64,000 nt of DNA, from positions 30,507 through 94,506 of the IMG/VR virus record IMGVR_UViG_3300047552_001147. One strand, given 5' to 3'. The translations under genes and the position numbers were made by a program. How positions within the stretch are numbered: the first letter of the stretch is position 1; each line of letters opens with the position of its first letter. Below the pieces are notes generated by a model. It was not told where the DNA came from and made no database searches. It saw only the letters and a list, made by a program, of their open reading frames with translations. This document shows positions 37,418 to 46,691 of this stretch, in pieces. The DNA comes from a virus.

Positions 37418-37425
37418 TATTGAAC

Positions 37426-37450
37426 AGGGGGGCGGCTCGGCTGCCCCCCT
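37426..37450 (+). other. GC-rich hairpin upstream of the MCP
   Basis: AGGGGGGCGGC-TCG-GCTGCCCCCCT. Confidence 0.65.
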
Positions 37451-37497
37451 ATAGTTTGTAAGTCATCTAGATTCTCTGGACATCAAAAAGGATAACA

Positions 37498-38745
37498 ATG
37501 AAGATTGATTCTTCTGATTTCAACTCGCTTTTTGGTGAAGCCCTGAATCGCGGTGGCGAAGCTCTTGAAAAGGTCGGTGAAGTGACCGGTCTGTACATTC
37601 AGGATAAGCTTCGTGAAAACTCTTTCGCGAGAAAGATCCTCCCGCCTCAGACTGTCACCTTGGCTGAACTGACCCGTAACGAGAACGACGAAGGTCTCTC
37701 GTACATCGACGACATCGAACCGGATTCGCTCGCAATGCGCGTGAACTGGCGCGGTGAACCGGAAAAGACCTACATCGAAGGCAAGCGCTATTCGATCAGA
37801 ATGAGCACGATTTCTTCGGACAGATTCGTCAAGTCCGAACAGGAACTGCGCTCGTACCGTATGCCGCTGACCAAGATCATCGAGCAGAACACGGTCAAGG
37901 ACATGCAGGAACAGCACGACAAGACCTTCATGGACCACGTTCGCGTTGGTCTAATGCTGGCCACCCGTCGTCGCATGAACGACCTGGTCGACCGTGGCCT
38001 GGTACTCAACGCTAACCAGGGTCTGAGCGCTCTGTCTGGCACGACAAGCAAGAACTGGGGTACGATGCAGCAATTTGCTGCGTATCTGTACTTCCGCAAC
38101 GTCACGACCTCTTACGGTCTGACAGACTACCAGACGTGGGATTCCACTCCGCCGACGGCGAACCTCGTCACGGCACTGTACTCGAACATCCTCCTGTCGA
38201 CTGAAACTGAGTTCACACGCACAGTGCTGCGCGATGCGATCAAGATTCAGGCTGCTCGCGAGATGAAGGCCCGCTGCTTCCTCCTGCACGAGTACGACTG
38301 GGCGGACGTTCTTGGCTGGATGGAAAACGAAGCCGGTCTGCAGATCACTGGCGAAATCGTCAAGGACGGCTACAAGTACACCACGGTCGGTGGGTACACG
38401 TTCGTGACGACTGTCCGTGACAACCCGGACATCGTTCAGCCTGGCCAGATCTTCACCTTCCCGGCTCCTGAGTTCCTGGGTCGCTACCTGATCCTGGAAA
38501 ACACGAAGTTCTGGATCGAGAAGAAGGGCCGCTTCATCGAGATGGAAGCGTACGAAGACGCCGGTATGGGCTTCGGTAACATCAAGGGCCTGGGTCTCAT
38601 CCTGCTCAACGGCGCTTCGGTGGTTCTCCCGAACCTGTGGCAGGATAGCTCTGGTGCAACGGTAACCAACGGAACGGTCGGATATTTCCGCCTCACGAAC
38701 GTCGGTACCACTGTTACGTCGACGTCTCCTGTCGCGACCGCCTGA
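37498..38745 (+). CDS. major capsid protein (HK97-like)
   Basis: Position after protease, scaffold and decoration genes; size; strong codon bias; followed by a terminator. Confidence 0.75.
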   Translation: MKIDSSDFNSLFGEALNRGGEALEKVGEVTGLYIQDKLRENSFARKILPPQTVTLAELTRNENDEGLSYIDDIEPDSLAMRVNWRGEPEKTYIEGKRYSIRMSTISSDRFVKSEQELRSYRMPLTKIIEQNTVKDMQEQHDKTFMDHVRVGLMLATRRRMNDLVDRGLVLNANQGLSALSGTTSKNWGTMQQFAAYLYFRNVTTSYGLTDYQTWDSTPPTANLVTALYSNILLSTETEFTRTVLRDAIKIQAAREMKARCFLLHEYDWADVLGWMENEAGLQITGEIVKDGYKYTTVGGYTFVTTVRDNPDIVQPGQIFTFPAPEFLGRYLILENTKFWIEKKGRFIEMEAYEDAGMGFGNIKGLGLILLNGASVVLPNLWQDSSGATVTNGTVGYFRLTNVGTTVTSTSPVATA

Positions 38746-38762
38746 TCTGATGTGAGTTGACG

Positions 38763-38800
38763 GGGACCCCGGTGTAATCCGCTGGGGTCCCTTTTTCTTT
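38763..38800 (+). terminator. intrinsic terminator after the MCP
   Basis: GGGACCCCGG...CTGGGGTCCC-TTTTTCTTT. Confidence 0.85.
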
Positions 38801-38816
38801 TTCTCAAGGACAGTAA

Positions 38817-39338
38817 ATGGCAAACGTAAGAGTTTTCTGGTTTGGTAAAACACTGCTGAAGTCGCCTAGAACTGGGATACGTCCCAACGGCACGACTACA
38901 TATGACGAGCGTATTGCTAAGGAATTGGTCAAGGATAGTGGCGATTTGCTGATGGTCACAACGCTGGACCAGAGAAAAGTCCTGCACCTGGGCAAGAAGA
39001 TCGACCCAGAATACATCGTATTCAAATACCCGTCTCTAAAGGAAGTCGTAGAGAAGGCCGCTGGAATCAAAATCATTACGACAGTCAGCGACGTAATTAA
39101 GCACATCGCGTCAGAGCCTCTGACGCTTATGGACGAAATTCAACAGAGACAACTGCATCAGTTCCTAGAAATGGGTAAGCCAGAAGACACGGCTCCTGAA
39201 GGAAATACTGATCCCGTAACAACGGATCAGGAATCTACTGGTGCTGAAGCAAAAGTGGAAGATACTGTAGTAGAGAAGCCTAAGCGCGGAAGACCTAAGA
39301 AGGTCGCCGATAGCACGCCTAGTGCTGACACACAATGA
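38817..39338 (+). CDS. hypothetical protein with C-terminal AT-hook
   Basis: KPKRGRPKK. Confidence 0.7.
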   Translation: MANVRVFWFGKTLLKSPRTGIRPNGTTTYDERIAKELVKDSGDLLMVTTLDQRKVLHLGKKIDPEYIVFKYPSLKEVVEKAAGIKIITTVSDVIKHIASEPLTLMDEIQQRQLHQFLEMGKPEDTAPEGNTDPVTTDQESTGAEAKVEDTVVEKPKRGRPKKVADSTPSADTQ

Positions 39339-39853
39339 CAGATAAGCCGATCTCTCAATCGGACCTCAGCAGTGCGGTTCCGATGAAACTGATTCAGCAG
39401 GTGCGAACGTTTATCCAGGACTTCGCGCCCACGAACGAGCTGTTTCAGGGTCAAGAGGTGACGGACGAATTGATCGGGCGGTGTATTGTCGACACAATCG
39501 ACGACTGGAATGGTACACCGCCAATCCTTGCCTATCAGATTAGCGGCTACTTGCTGATGTCGCAGGTTCGCTTTCAAGGAGTTCGCAAGAACATCGTTGA
39601 CATGTCCGGCGCCCGTGTTTTGAGAATTCTATCCATCAAGCACGCTAGGAACGATATTCCGTTTACTGCCGGAAATGTGAACGTTCAGTCGCACTCGATC
39701 TGGCGTAACCTTGAAAACATCATTGGGATGATCAAGCAGGATTACGACACGTACAAGGCGCAGTTCAAGCTGGCAGAGAACCTTAACAACTGCTACACCA
39801 TCTCGTACACAGAAATGTGGGACGGCTTCATCAGTGACATCGATGGATACTAA
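39335..39853 (+). CDS. putative head-tail adaptor (neck) protein
   Basis: Position after the MCP; VR.FIQD...TDE.I pattern. Confidence 0.5.
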   Translation: MTDKPISQSDLSSAVPMKLIQQVRTFIQDFAPTNELFQGQEVTDELIGRCIVDTIDDWNGTPPILAYQISGYLLMSQVRFQGVRKNIVDMSGARVLRILSIKHARNDIPFTAGNVNVQSHSIWRNLENIIGMIKQDYDTYKAQFKLAENLNNCYTISYTEMWDGFISDIDGY

Positions 39854-40331
39854 CGCTATTCAAGAAGCCTTCATTCGTGGTTTTGAGGCCGGTACTCGCT
39901 ACCGCCGAGAGCCCGAAGAAGAGAGTGTTCCGCAGTACTCATTAGTTCGCGGCGGCGATTCAGGCGTTGGCATGGTCACCGCCGACAAGAGCCTTTACAA
40001 GGACCGCGTAGTATCGGCAGCAACGACTGGCACGCTTGCTAGCCTTGTAACAGCAATCGTTTCGGGTCTACTAGGCCTCGGAGTTGGTAGCGCTGTCGGC
40101 ATGCCCGTACAGGGCGCTCTAGCAGGAACCGCCTTGGGCGGCTCGCTAGGATATCTCGGCGGCTCCGCAAAAGGTCAGCTAGACGCTGATCATAGGTTCT
40201 TAGCTGAGAAGGGTTACAGTGCTAAGTACCCTGTTCCTGTTAAGGAGCTAATGCTTCGTCCTGGGATAAGCGCCGCGCTCCCGCTGGCATCTTTTGCTAG
40301 AATCAAAAAGATACCTAAAATTGATCAATAG
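39843..40331 (+). CDS. glycine-zipper membrane-like virion protein
   Basis: GLLGLGVGSAVG...GALAGTALGGSLGYLGG. Confidence 0.6.
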   Translation: MDTNAIQEAFIRGFEAGTRYRREPEEESVPQYSLVRGGDSGVGMVTADKSLYKDRVVSAATTGTLASLVTAIVSGLLGLGVGSAVGMPVQGALAGTALGGSLGYLGGSAKGQLDADHRFLAEKGYSAKYPVPVKELMLRPGISAALPLASFARIKKIPKIDQ

Positions 40332-40348
40332 CCGCTAAGCGGTATAAC
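40321..40348 (+). promoter_or_regulatory. sigma70-like promoter
   Basis: TTGATC-16nt-TATAAC upstream of a TAAGGAG RBS. Confidence 0.45.
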
Positions 40349-40373
40349 TACACAGACGTCTAAGGAGATTGAC

Positions 40374-40670
40374 ATGTTCGAATCGTTTTACAGTGGTCTT
40401 GTCGACGAGCTCGTTAAGGTGGCTAAGAAGGACAAAGATCGTCCCTCGAAAGGCCACAGCGTTGGCATGCTTGGCGGTATGCTAGGCGCCGGTGTCGGTG
40501 CCGCGCACGGGTACACTAAAGGTCTCTGGGGTCTTGGCCGCACCATCCCAATGATTGCTAAAGGTACTGCTGGCGGTGTCGGTGGATATCTGGCGGCCCG
40601 CACTGCATACTCTGCTATGAAGCGGGCTAAGAAGCACACCAAGAATGTTGCCGAGGGCGACGACCAGTAA
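40374..40670 (+). CDS. small glycine-zipper protein with DELVKVA leader
   Basis: MFESFYSGLVDELVKVAK; GMLGGMLGAGVG. Confidence 0.7.
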   Translation: MFESFYSGLVDELVKVAKKDKDRPSKGHSVGMLGGMLGAGVGAAHGYTKGLWGLGRTIPMIAKGTAGGVGGYLAARTAYSAMKRAKKHTKNVAEGDDQ

Positions 40671-41545
40671 TGATCTCGTCGCTACGACTAGACAATATTG
40701 TCGTAGCCCAGCAAACAGCCGATTCCCAGGTAGTAGGTTGGACACTGCTGGGGATCGGTCCTGCTGCTGATGGAGCTGTCGTTGAGATCAGAAGATCCTA
40801 CGCTGAGAACGACGGTTTTGATCTGATAGACACTGTGGCTGCAAGCGTGGGTTTTTACAGGGACGACACCGTCAATCTTTTTGATCGGTGGCGTTTTCCT
40901 TTTTACAAGCTGACCGTTGTCGATAGTCTAGGAAACCGTCGAGACTATCCGGCGGCCAGGGTTAGCGGATCCTTAGACGGGATTGCTATCTCAATCATCC
41001 GCAACACGAACATACAGTTGCGTCAAGGCGGTAATCCGGTTTTGATCTACACCAGAAAAGCTGATGAGAGTGATCGCTGCTCAGCTTGCTGGGACACTGT
41101 GCTCAGAAAAGTCACAGTGTCGTTCTGTGAGGTGTGCTTCAATACCGGATATACTGGCGGATACTACGCACCGATCTTGACGTTAGCCGTTATCTCTCCA
41201 GAAGTTAAGTCAGTCGCGGCCGGTGACGTCTCTAGACAACCGTCAACTACTTCGGCCCTTTTTGGTAATTACCCTGTGCTCCGCCCTCGCGATCTGATTT
41301 ATGAGCTGGACACTGGAAAGCGCTTTAGAGTTGTCACAATTGCGCCGACTGAAAAACAGCGGATGCTTTTGAACCAATCTGCGACGTTAGAGGGGCTGGC
41401 GGCGGGTGATGTTGAAAACCGCATGGTAGTCCCACAAATTTCTCAGATGGTGCCGGTGCTAAGTAGAAGCACCGCCCCTAGTCGTTACGTGGTGGTGGAC
41501 AATTTTTCTCCACAAGACACTGCAATCGGCTACCTGTATATTTGA
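40670..41545 (+). CDS. putative neck/head-closure protein with Zn finger
   Basis: RCSACWD...CEVCFNTGYTGGY; position. Confidence 0.55.
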   Translation: MISSLRLDNIVVAQQTADSQVVGWTLLGIGPAADGAVVEIRRSYAENDGFDLIDTVAASVGFYRDDTVNLFDRWRFPFYKLTVVDSLGNRRDYPAARVSGSLDGIAISIIRNTNIQLRQGGNPVLIYTRKADESDRCSACWDTVLRKVTVSFCEVCFNTGYTGGYYAPILTLAVISPEVKSVAAGDVSRQPSTTSALFGNYPVLRPRDLIYELDTGKRFRVVTIAPTEKQRMLLNQSATLEGLAAGDVENRMVVPQISQMVPVLSRSTAPSRYVVVDNFSPQDTAIGYLYI

Positions 41546-41596
41546 ACAAATCATGCACAGTAACACACTTAGACAGTAGCTTAGGAGCACTAAAAC

Positions 41597-41875
41597 ATGT
41601 ATACGCCGGAAGATCGCTTTCTCTCGTCTCTTCGTAACATCATCGGTGATGCGGAAGTTGAAAAGACTGCCTCAGAAACAGAGACAGAAGAAGTCGAAGT
41701 AGAAGAAGTTGAAGAAACACAGGAAGCGGAAAGCGCTCCGACGATCACTAAAATCGCGGACATGTCGATCGACGCTATCCTGAACGACGAACACTTCCTT
41801 AGAGGAGTTTCGGATAGAGTGGGTAGACGCGGTTACGAAATTGAAGGTGCCCTGCACCGTATCGTACAGAGCTGA
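41597..41875 (+). CDS. small acidic protein with K-x-A motifs
   Basis: AGGAG RBS; EKTAS, TKIAD. Confidence 0.7.
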   Translation: MYTPEDRFLSSLRNIIGDAEVEKTASETETEEVEVEEVEETQEAESAPTITKIADMSIDAILNDEHFLRGVSDRVGRRGYEIEGALHRIVQS

Positions 41876-42627
41876 TGAGCTTAGGACTGCCCGAGTTTGG
41901 TGACACATCCGTTCCCCCGTTCAACCCACTCATCTATCCAAGACGAGTACTGTTGGCGGTGCTAGAGAACTTCTTCTCTCAAACGAACCTTGTCATCTAT
42001 CCGGGCTCTCCGCCAAATCCATTCTTGTTCATACCATCTGGTTCAGAAACATCTGTGCGAAGTAAAGTGGTCATAGCCGATTCATTCTCAGACGAGCTAA
42101 CGAAGAGCGATCCTCGCCCTACGGTAGTACTTGGTCGTGGAACGTTCCAGTTCAATGACACGGCTATTGACTCTCGCAGAGATAACATGGCTACGAAGAT
42201 GTTGACGAGAATTGACACTAAAGCCATCGGAACAGAAAACAGAACCAGAGCGCGGTATGCGGACATGACAACCATGGGCCTAGAGATTAAGTGCTACTCT
42301 AGGCGAGATACAGACGCTGACCAGCTCGCCTGGTTAGTGTGCGGTGTCCTGAAGTTCTTCAAGAAGAACATCACAGATGGCGCGCGTATCCACAAAGTCT
42401 CAAGTCCTGTGATTGGTCCGCCGGTAGTTGTAAAATCAGACTCGCAGCACGACATGTTTATGGTCCCTGTTAGCCTGACAATCAATCAGCCGATGGTGTG
42501 GCAGATCCAGAACTCCGCCTCACCGGCGGAAATCATCGCCGGTATCACCAATCTATCCGGTTCCGAATATCCGCGTGTGCTGTCCGATAGTAGCCCGCTC
42601 TCGTTGTACGTAAGCCCCAGTGCTTGA
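41875..42627 (+). CDS. putative tail completion/terminator protein
   Basis: Directly upstream of the sheath; RPTVVLGRG. Confidence 0.5.
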   Translation: MSLGLPEFGDTSVPPFNPLIYPRRVLLAVLENFFSQTNLVIYPGSPPNPFLFIPSGSETSVRSKVVIADSFSDELTKSDPRPTVVLGRGTFQFNDTAIDSRRDNMATKMLTRIDTKAIGTENRTRARYADMTTMGLEIKCYSRRDTDADQLAWLVCGVLKFFKKNITDGARIHKVSSPVIGPPVVVKSDSQHDMFMVPVSLTINQPMVWQIQNSASPAEIIAGITNLSGSEYPRVLSDSSPLSLYVSPSA

Positions 42628-42647
42628 TAGGTTAAGGAAATCTGACA

Positions 42648-45600
42648 ATGGCAACCAATAATCTTCGTCCGGACCTCAAGATCACGCAGATCTTCACTCC
42701 GGTTGCACCTATTGTTCCGGAAGCCGGTCTGCCGGTTCTTCTGATTGGCGTCAACCGCCACTTCGAGTACCAGACCGCTACCAGCCTGACTGACTGGAAT
42801 GCCGGCTCTATCAGTGCCAACGTTGACTTCCCTAATTGGCTGGGTGGAACCGTAGAGACGAGTTCGGCGACGTCGGCGGAGCTTCGCCCGCACGTTTACG
42901 TCACCAACGAATTCGGAACGGCGGAGATCACAGACGTCGCGTACGACTTTACTGGGGATCCAGTATTTACCGTGCTAGCTGGAGCGGACGCGACATTCAG
43001 CATTGCTACCGGAACAACTGGCGTGTTCGCGGTCAACAGCGACAGTCCGGCACTCGGATCTTTCACGGATACAAACGCCGACTTCATCAGAAGCCAGGCT
43101 GCTGCCGGAGACCTGATCTACATCGGTGGAGTTCCGACGTACCGGGTGGATACTGCGGGTATCCAATCTGATACCGAGGTAACTGTTCGCCGTGTGGACA
43201 AGGGACCGGGCTCGATCGGCGCGTCAGAAGTCGCCAAGTTCTATGTAACGACCGAGGACAGCAACGAGGTGCGCAAGCTGGTAACAACCAGCCAATCGTT
43301 CATCGACGCTGGTGGTTTCGTGGCACAAGGCGTCAAGGTAAACGATATCGTTCGCCTCGACAACTGGAGCATCAAGAAGGCTCTCGAAGGTGTAACATAC
43401 ACCGCTGTCGGTGATAGCGCCGGAGAACTCGCTGTTGATAACTCGACAGTTGTGGAAGCTGATTGGCGCAAACTGACCTTCGCCACCAAACCGTCGCCGT
43501 TCGGTGTGTGGGACAACTCAGCACTATCTGGTACGGTAGTGTTCGTGTTGAACACGGCTGGTGCCTTCGTTCCGGAATTCTTCGCGGCATCTGTGAGAAT
43601 GGGCGGCGGCTCACTGGTGTTCTACGCCAAAGACTACGCCAGCTCGACGATCGCGGAGACGGCTAAGCGCGATGATGGGGTAGTGTACTACCAGAGAAAC
43701 TACACCATCGTGTCTTCGCCTGGCGCTTACGGCCTAGGTGCGTTCACATCGGCCACAAGCAACGTGCGCACATTCACGGACGCAAACCTGGCCAGCATCG
43801 GTGGAATCACTACCGGTAAGCACGTGGCGATCAAAGACACGGACGGTATCTATCGTCCGGTGTTCAACATCACCAGCATCGCTGACATTGCATCTGGACA
43901 GATCGAGGTCACTCAGTTCAGCGACGATATCATCAACCCGCTGTACCATGCTACGGGTGTAGACTACGCTATCCTCACGGTATCTGGCAGCACGTCGTAT
44001 CTCGGAGCCTCGGTTTCCGTGGTCGCGACAGAGCAGGCACCGGCACCGAGTATCGACGGCTATCAGCTGACAGGCGACGATCGTCTACTGAGAGTTTCTC
44101 CGGCTGACACGTCTGACCTAGATCCGGGCGACCTGCTGTTCACTGACGCTGGTCACCTAGCATTCATCGTCACCGCCGTGCCCTCTCCGCTGAGCGCACA
44201 CGAAGGCAAGCTCGCTGTTCGTCTACACCCGTACGCTGGAATCACGCTGGCGGACGACGAGACGATTACGAACTTCGGCTTCACGGCCAGAACTGGCGGC
44301 GTCCGCTCAGACTTCAAAGTTCGTAGACTAGTGAACGCTAGCGAGCTTGAGATCGTTGAGCTCTCGACGAACCTGAACCCGGTCGCTGCTGATACGCGCA
44401 TCGACGGCGCAATCTACTTCCAGACACCTACAGAGGTTGATGGCAGCACGGTTGTTGAGGACGGTGATGATCCCGTGCTGGTAATCGCTCCCGACAGTTC
44501 GGCCGCACTGAACTACGAGATTAAGAAGACACTAACAGGCGCAAACCTGACCGGTGACGTTCTGATCTCTTACTCAGAGATCCGTAATGACGACCTGGAT
44601 CTGCTAGAGGTTACGGTCAGCAACCGCGAAGATCTCCTGGGGCCGGCAGTTCCTGGCAACCCGATGGCGATGGCCGCAAGCATCGCACTGCAGAATACGC
44701 CAACCGCTATCTACGCCATGCGCGTTGAGTCTGACGATTCAACTGGCTGGACAGAGGCGTTCGACCGCGTTAAGGTTGACACGGTGTACTCGATCGTTCC
44801 GCTGACTCAGGAAGCGGCGATCCTGGCCATCGCGCAGGCCCACGTTGATTCAGAATCGACACCTGCCAACAAGCACGAACGTATTCTGTACCAGAGTGCC
44901 GCCTTCCCGCGCTCGGTTAACCGCTTCACGCTATCAACGGAAACGGCTACTGTTGCTCGCGGCGCAACCCAAACGGTTGTTATTGATGCTGACATGCTAG
45001 CAGAAGGTGTGATCGTTGGTGACGTGGTCACCGCGACTGCCTTCGACGGCACTGACACGATCAGCTTCGAAAGCAGAATCACTGCGATCTCTCTAGACGG
45101 TCAGACACTGACAACTATGCCGAGTGCGGATATTCCGAACCCGACAACGGTGCCGCTAGCTATCGTGGAAATGTCCATCGACAGCAAGACGCTATCGGAC
45201 GCTGAACTGCGTGACGAGATTGCGGACTACGCAACGAACCTGCAGAACCGCAGAATTCGTAACATCTACCCGGACAACGTGACCCTCGCGTTCACGGATG
45301 AGACCGGCCCGACAACGACGACAGGTGTTTACGGTGGCGGCGAGGTCACTGGATACGATGCCGGTGGCTTCTATCTGTGCGCGGTTGAGGGTGCTAAGCG
45401 TGCGCGCTTTGGTCCGGTTAAGCCGCTAACAAAAACAGGTGGTCCTGGTATTGAAACCATCGTCGACCCGTTCAAAGGTAATTCGACGTATCAGGATGTA
45501 ATCATCGACGCCGGTACTTACTACATGGAGCAGCCGAGTGGCTCCGGTGCCAATGTTCAGGCGATCCGCGCCCTCTCCACGAACTCGACGGACCTCGTCT

Positions 45601-45884
45601 TCGTGGAAGACAGCGTGACAACGCAGATCGATTACTTCGCCAGACGTCTCCGCAGACAGCTAACACCACTGCTCGGACCATACATTCTGGATGAAGGATT
45701 CTTCACCATCCTCTCTGCTCAGCAGGGGGCGGTGAGCAAGGACATCCTTGATAACAAGCAAATGAAGTCCATCAAGCTTATCGGTATCGAGGAAGACAGC
45801 GTCAACCCCGACACGTTCCGGCTGAGCTATGTGGTTGAACCATACTTCTCGTCGGCACGCGGCGAAATCACAATCTACATCTGA
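42648..45884 (+). CDS. contractile tail sheath protein with large insertions
   Basis: Sheath-like N-terminus (RPDLKITQ) and C-terminus (IRALST...EDSVTTQIDYF...ITIYI); precedes the tube gene. Confidence 0.75.
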   Translation: MATNNLRPDLKITQIFTPVAPIVPEAGLPVLLIGVNRHFEYQTATSLTDWNAGSISANVDFPNWLGGTVETSSATSAELRPHVYVTNEFGTAEITDVAYDFTGDPVFTVLAGADATFSIATGTTGVFAVNSDSPALGSFTDTNADFIRSQAAAGDLIYIGGVPTYRVDTAGIQSDTEVTVRRVDKGPGSIGASEVAKFYVTTEDSNEVRKLVTTSQSFIDAGGFVAQGVKVNDIVRLDNWSIKKALEGVTYTAVGDSAGELAVDNSTVVEADWRKLTFATKPSPFGVWDNSALSGTVVFVLNTAGAFVPEFFAASVRMGGGSLVFYAKDYASSTIAETAKRDDGVVYYQRNYTIVSSPGAYGLGAFTSATSNVRTFTDANLASIGGITTGKHVAIKDTDGIYRPVFNITSIADIASGQIEVTQFSDDIINPLYHATGVDYAILTVSGSTSYLGASVSVVATEQAPAPSIDGYQLTGDDRLLRVSPADTSDLDPGDLLFTDAGHLAFIVTAVPSPLSAHEGKLAVRLHPYAGITLADDETITNFGFTARTGGVRSDFKVRRLVNASELEIVELSTNLNPVAADTRIDGAIYFQTPTEVDGSTVVEDGDDPVLVIAPDSSAALNYEIKKTLTGANLTGDVLISYSEIRNDDLDLLEVTVSNREDLLGPAVPGNPMAMAASIALQNTPTAIYAMRVESDDSTGWTEAFDRVKVDTVYSIVPLTQEAAILAIAQAHVDSESTPANKHERILYQSAAFPRSVNRFTLSTETATVARGATQTVVIDADMLAEGVIVGDVVTATAFDGTDTISFESRITAISLDGQTLTTMPSADIPNPTTVPLAIVEMSIDSKTLSDAELRDEIADYATNLQNRRIRNIYPDNVTLAFTDETGPTTTTGVYGGGEVTGYDAGGFYLCAVEGAKRARFGPVKPLTKTGGPGIETIVDPFKGNSTYQDVIIDAGTYYMEQPSGSGANVQAIRALSTNSTDLVFVEDSVTTQIDYFARRLRRQLTPLLGPYILDEGFFTILSAQQGAVSKDILDNKQMKSIKLIGIEEDSVNPDTFRLSYVVEPYFSSARGEITIYI

Positions 45885-45902
45885 TAGCGTAGAGGCAAAC
45901 AC

Positions 45903-46631
45903 ATGTCATCATATCTGGACTGGAACTGGGCTGGCGAACACGTCCAGGGAGAAATTCAAAACGGAGAGTACCTGTCGTCTGAATCGACGCTGGTACTCGC
46001 CGGTCCGTCTCGGTTTACCCACCTCAATAGCGCTGGTGGTTTGACCTCTAACGCAATCATCCCGCTAGGGTTGATTGAGAGTTTTAGCGTTCAACAAAGC
46101 CGTCAGGTCGGTCGTCTATTCGAGATCGGCTCGAAGCGAGCGTACTTCGTACCTGGTCGCCTGTTCGCTAACTTCAATATGGGCCGCGTAATGTTTTACG
46201 GGCCGTCATTGATGCGTATGCTATATGCGGTGGCGCCTATTGGTGATGCCAAGCAGCTTGGACCATTCGGATCCGAGTTGAATAGGGATCCCGACGACCC
46301 GGAAGGGGACGGCACGGGTAACATCACCCAATACAACCAACTATTCCAAAGTTCGAACCTGCAAGCCGCACCGGGTTACGGTGGGTCGAATGGTGAGTCC
46401 AATAGAGACTTCTTCATTAACCTGGCATCCGAGCTCTTCAACGTACCGTTCGGATTGATTCTGGTGTTCAAGGACACGCGGAATCGCCCCTACGGGGCCG
46501 TGTATCTAGAGGATTGCCTAATTGAAGGGCACAGCCTAAGCCTGAATGCAAACTCGGTGGTGATCTCTGAATCAGTGTCAGGGCAGTTTGACAGTGTGAC
46601 GCCAATCCAATTGGTCACTCCACCGAAATAG
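45903..46631 (+). CDS. tail tube protein
   Basis: LGLIESFSVQQSRQV.RLFEIGS..YFVPG; YLEDCLI; follows the sheath. Confidence 0.75.
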   Translation: MSSYLDWNWAGEHVQGEIQNGEYLSSESTLVLAGPSRFTHLNSAGGLTSNAIIPLGLIESFSVQQSRQVGRLFEIGSKRAYFVPGRLFANFNMGRVMFYGPSLMRMLYAVAPIGDAKQLGPFGSELNRDPDDPEGDGTGNITQYNQLFQSSNLQAAPGYGGSNGESNRDFFINLASELFNVPFGLILVFKDTRNRPYGAVYLEDCLIEGHSLSLNANSVVISESVSGQFDSVTPIQLVTPPK

Positions 46632-46657
46632 TAGCTAAAATCAGAGTGTTGATTGTA

Positions 46658-46691
46658 AAAAAACCAGGGCCGTCATTGGCCCTGGTTTTTT
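46658..46691. terminator. bidirectional terminator
   Basis: AAAAAACCAGGGCC-GTCATT-GGCCCTGGTTTTTT between convergent units. Confidence 0.9.

Noticed and set aside
37951-38853. 300-aa antisense ORF over the MCP, and similar shadow ORFs (e.g. 10912-11613, 32125-32736, 59431-60048)
   Set aside because: Antisense to well-supported genes with biased codon usage; no RBS or recognisable motifs
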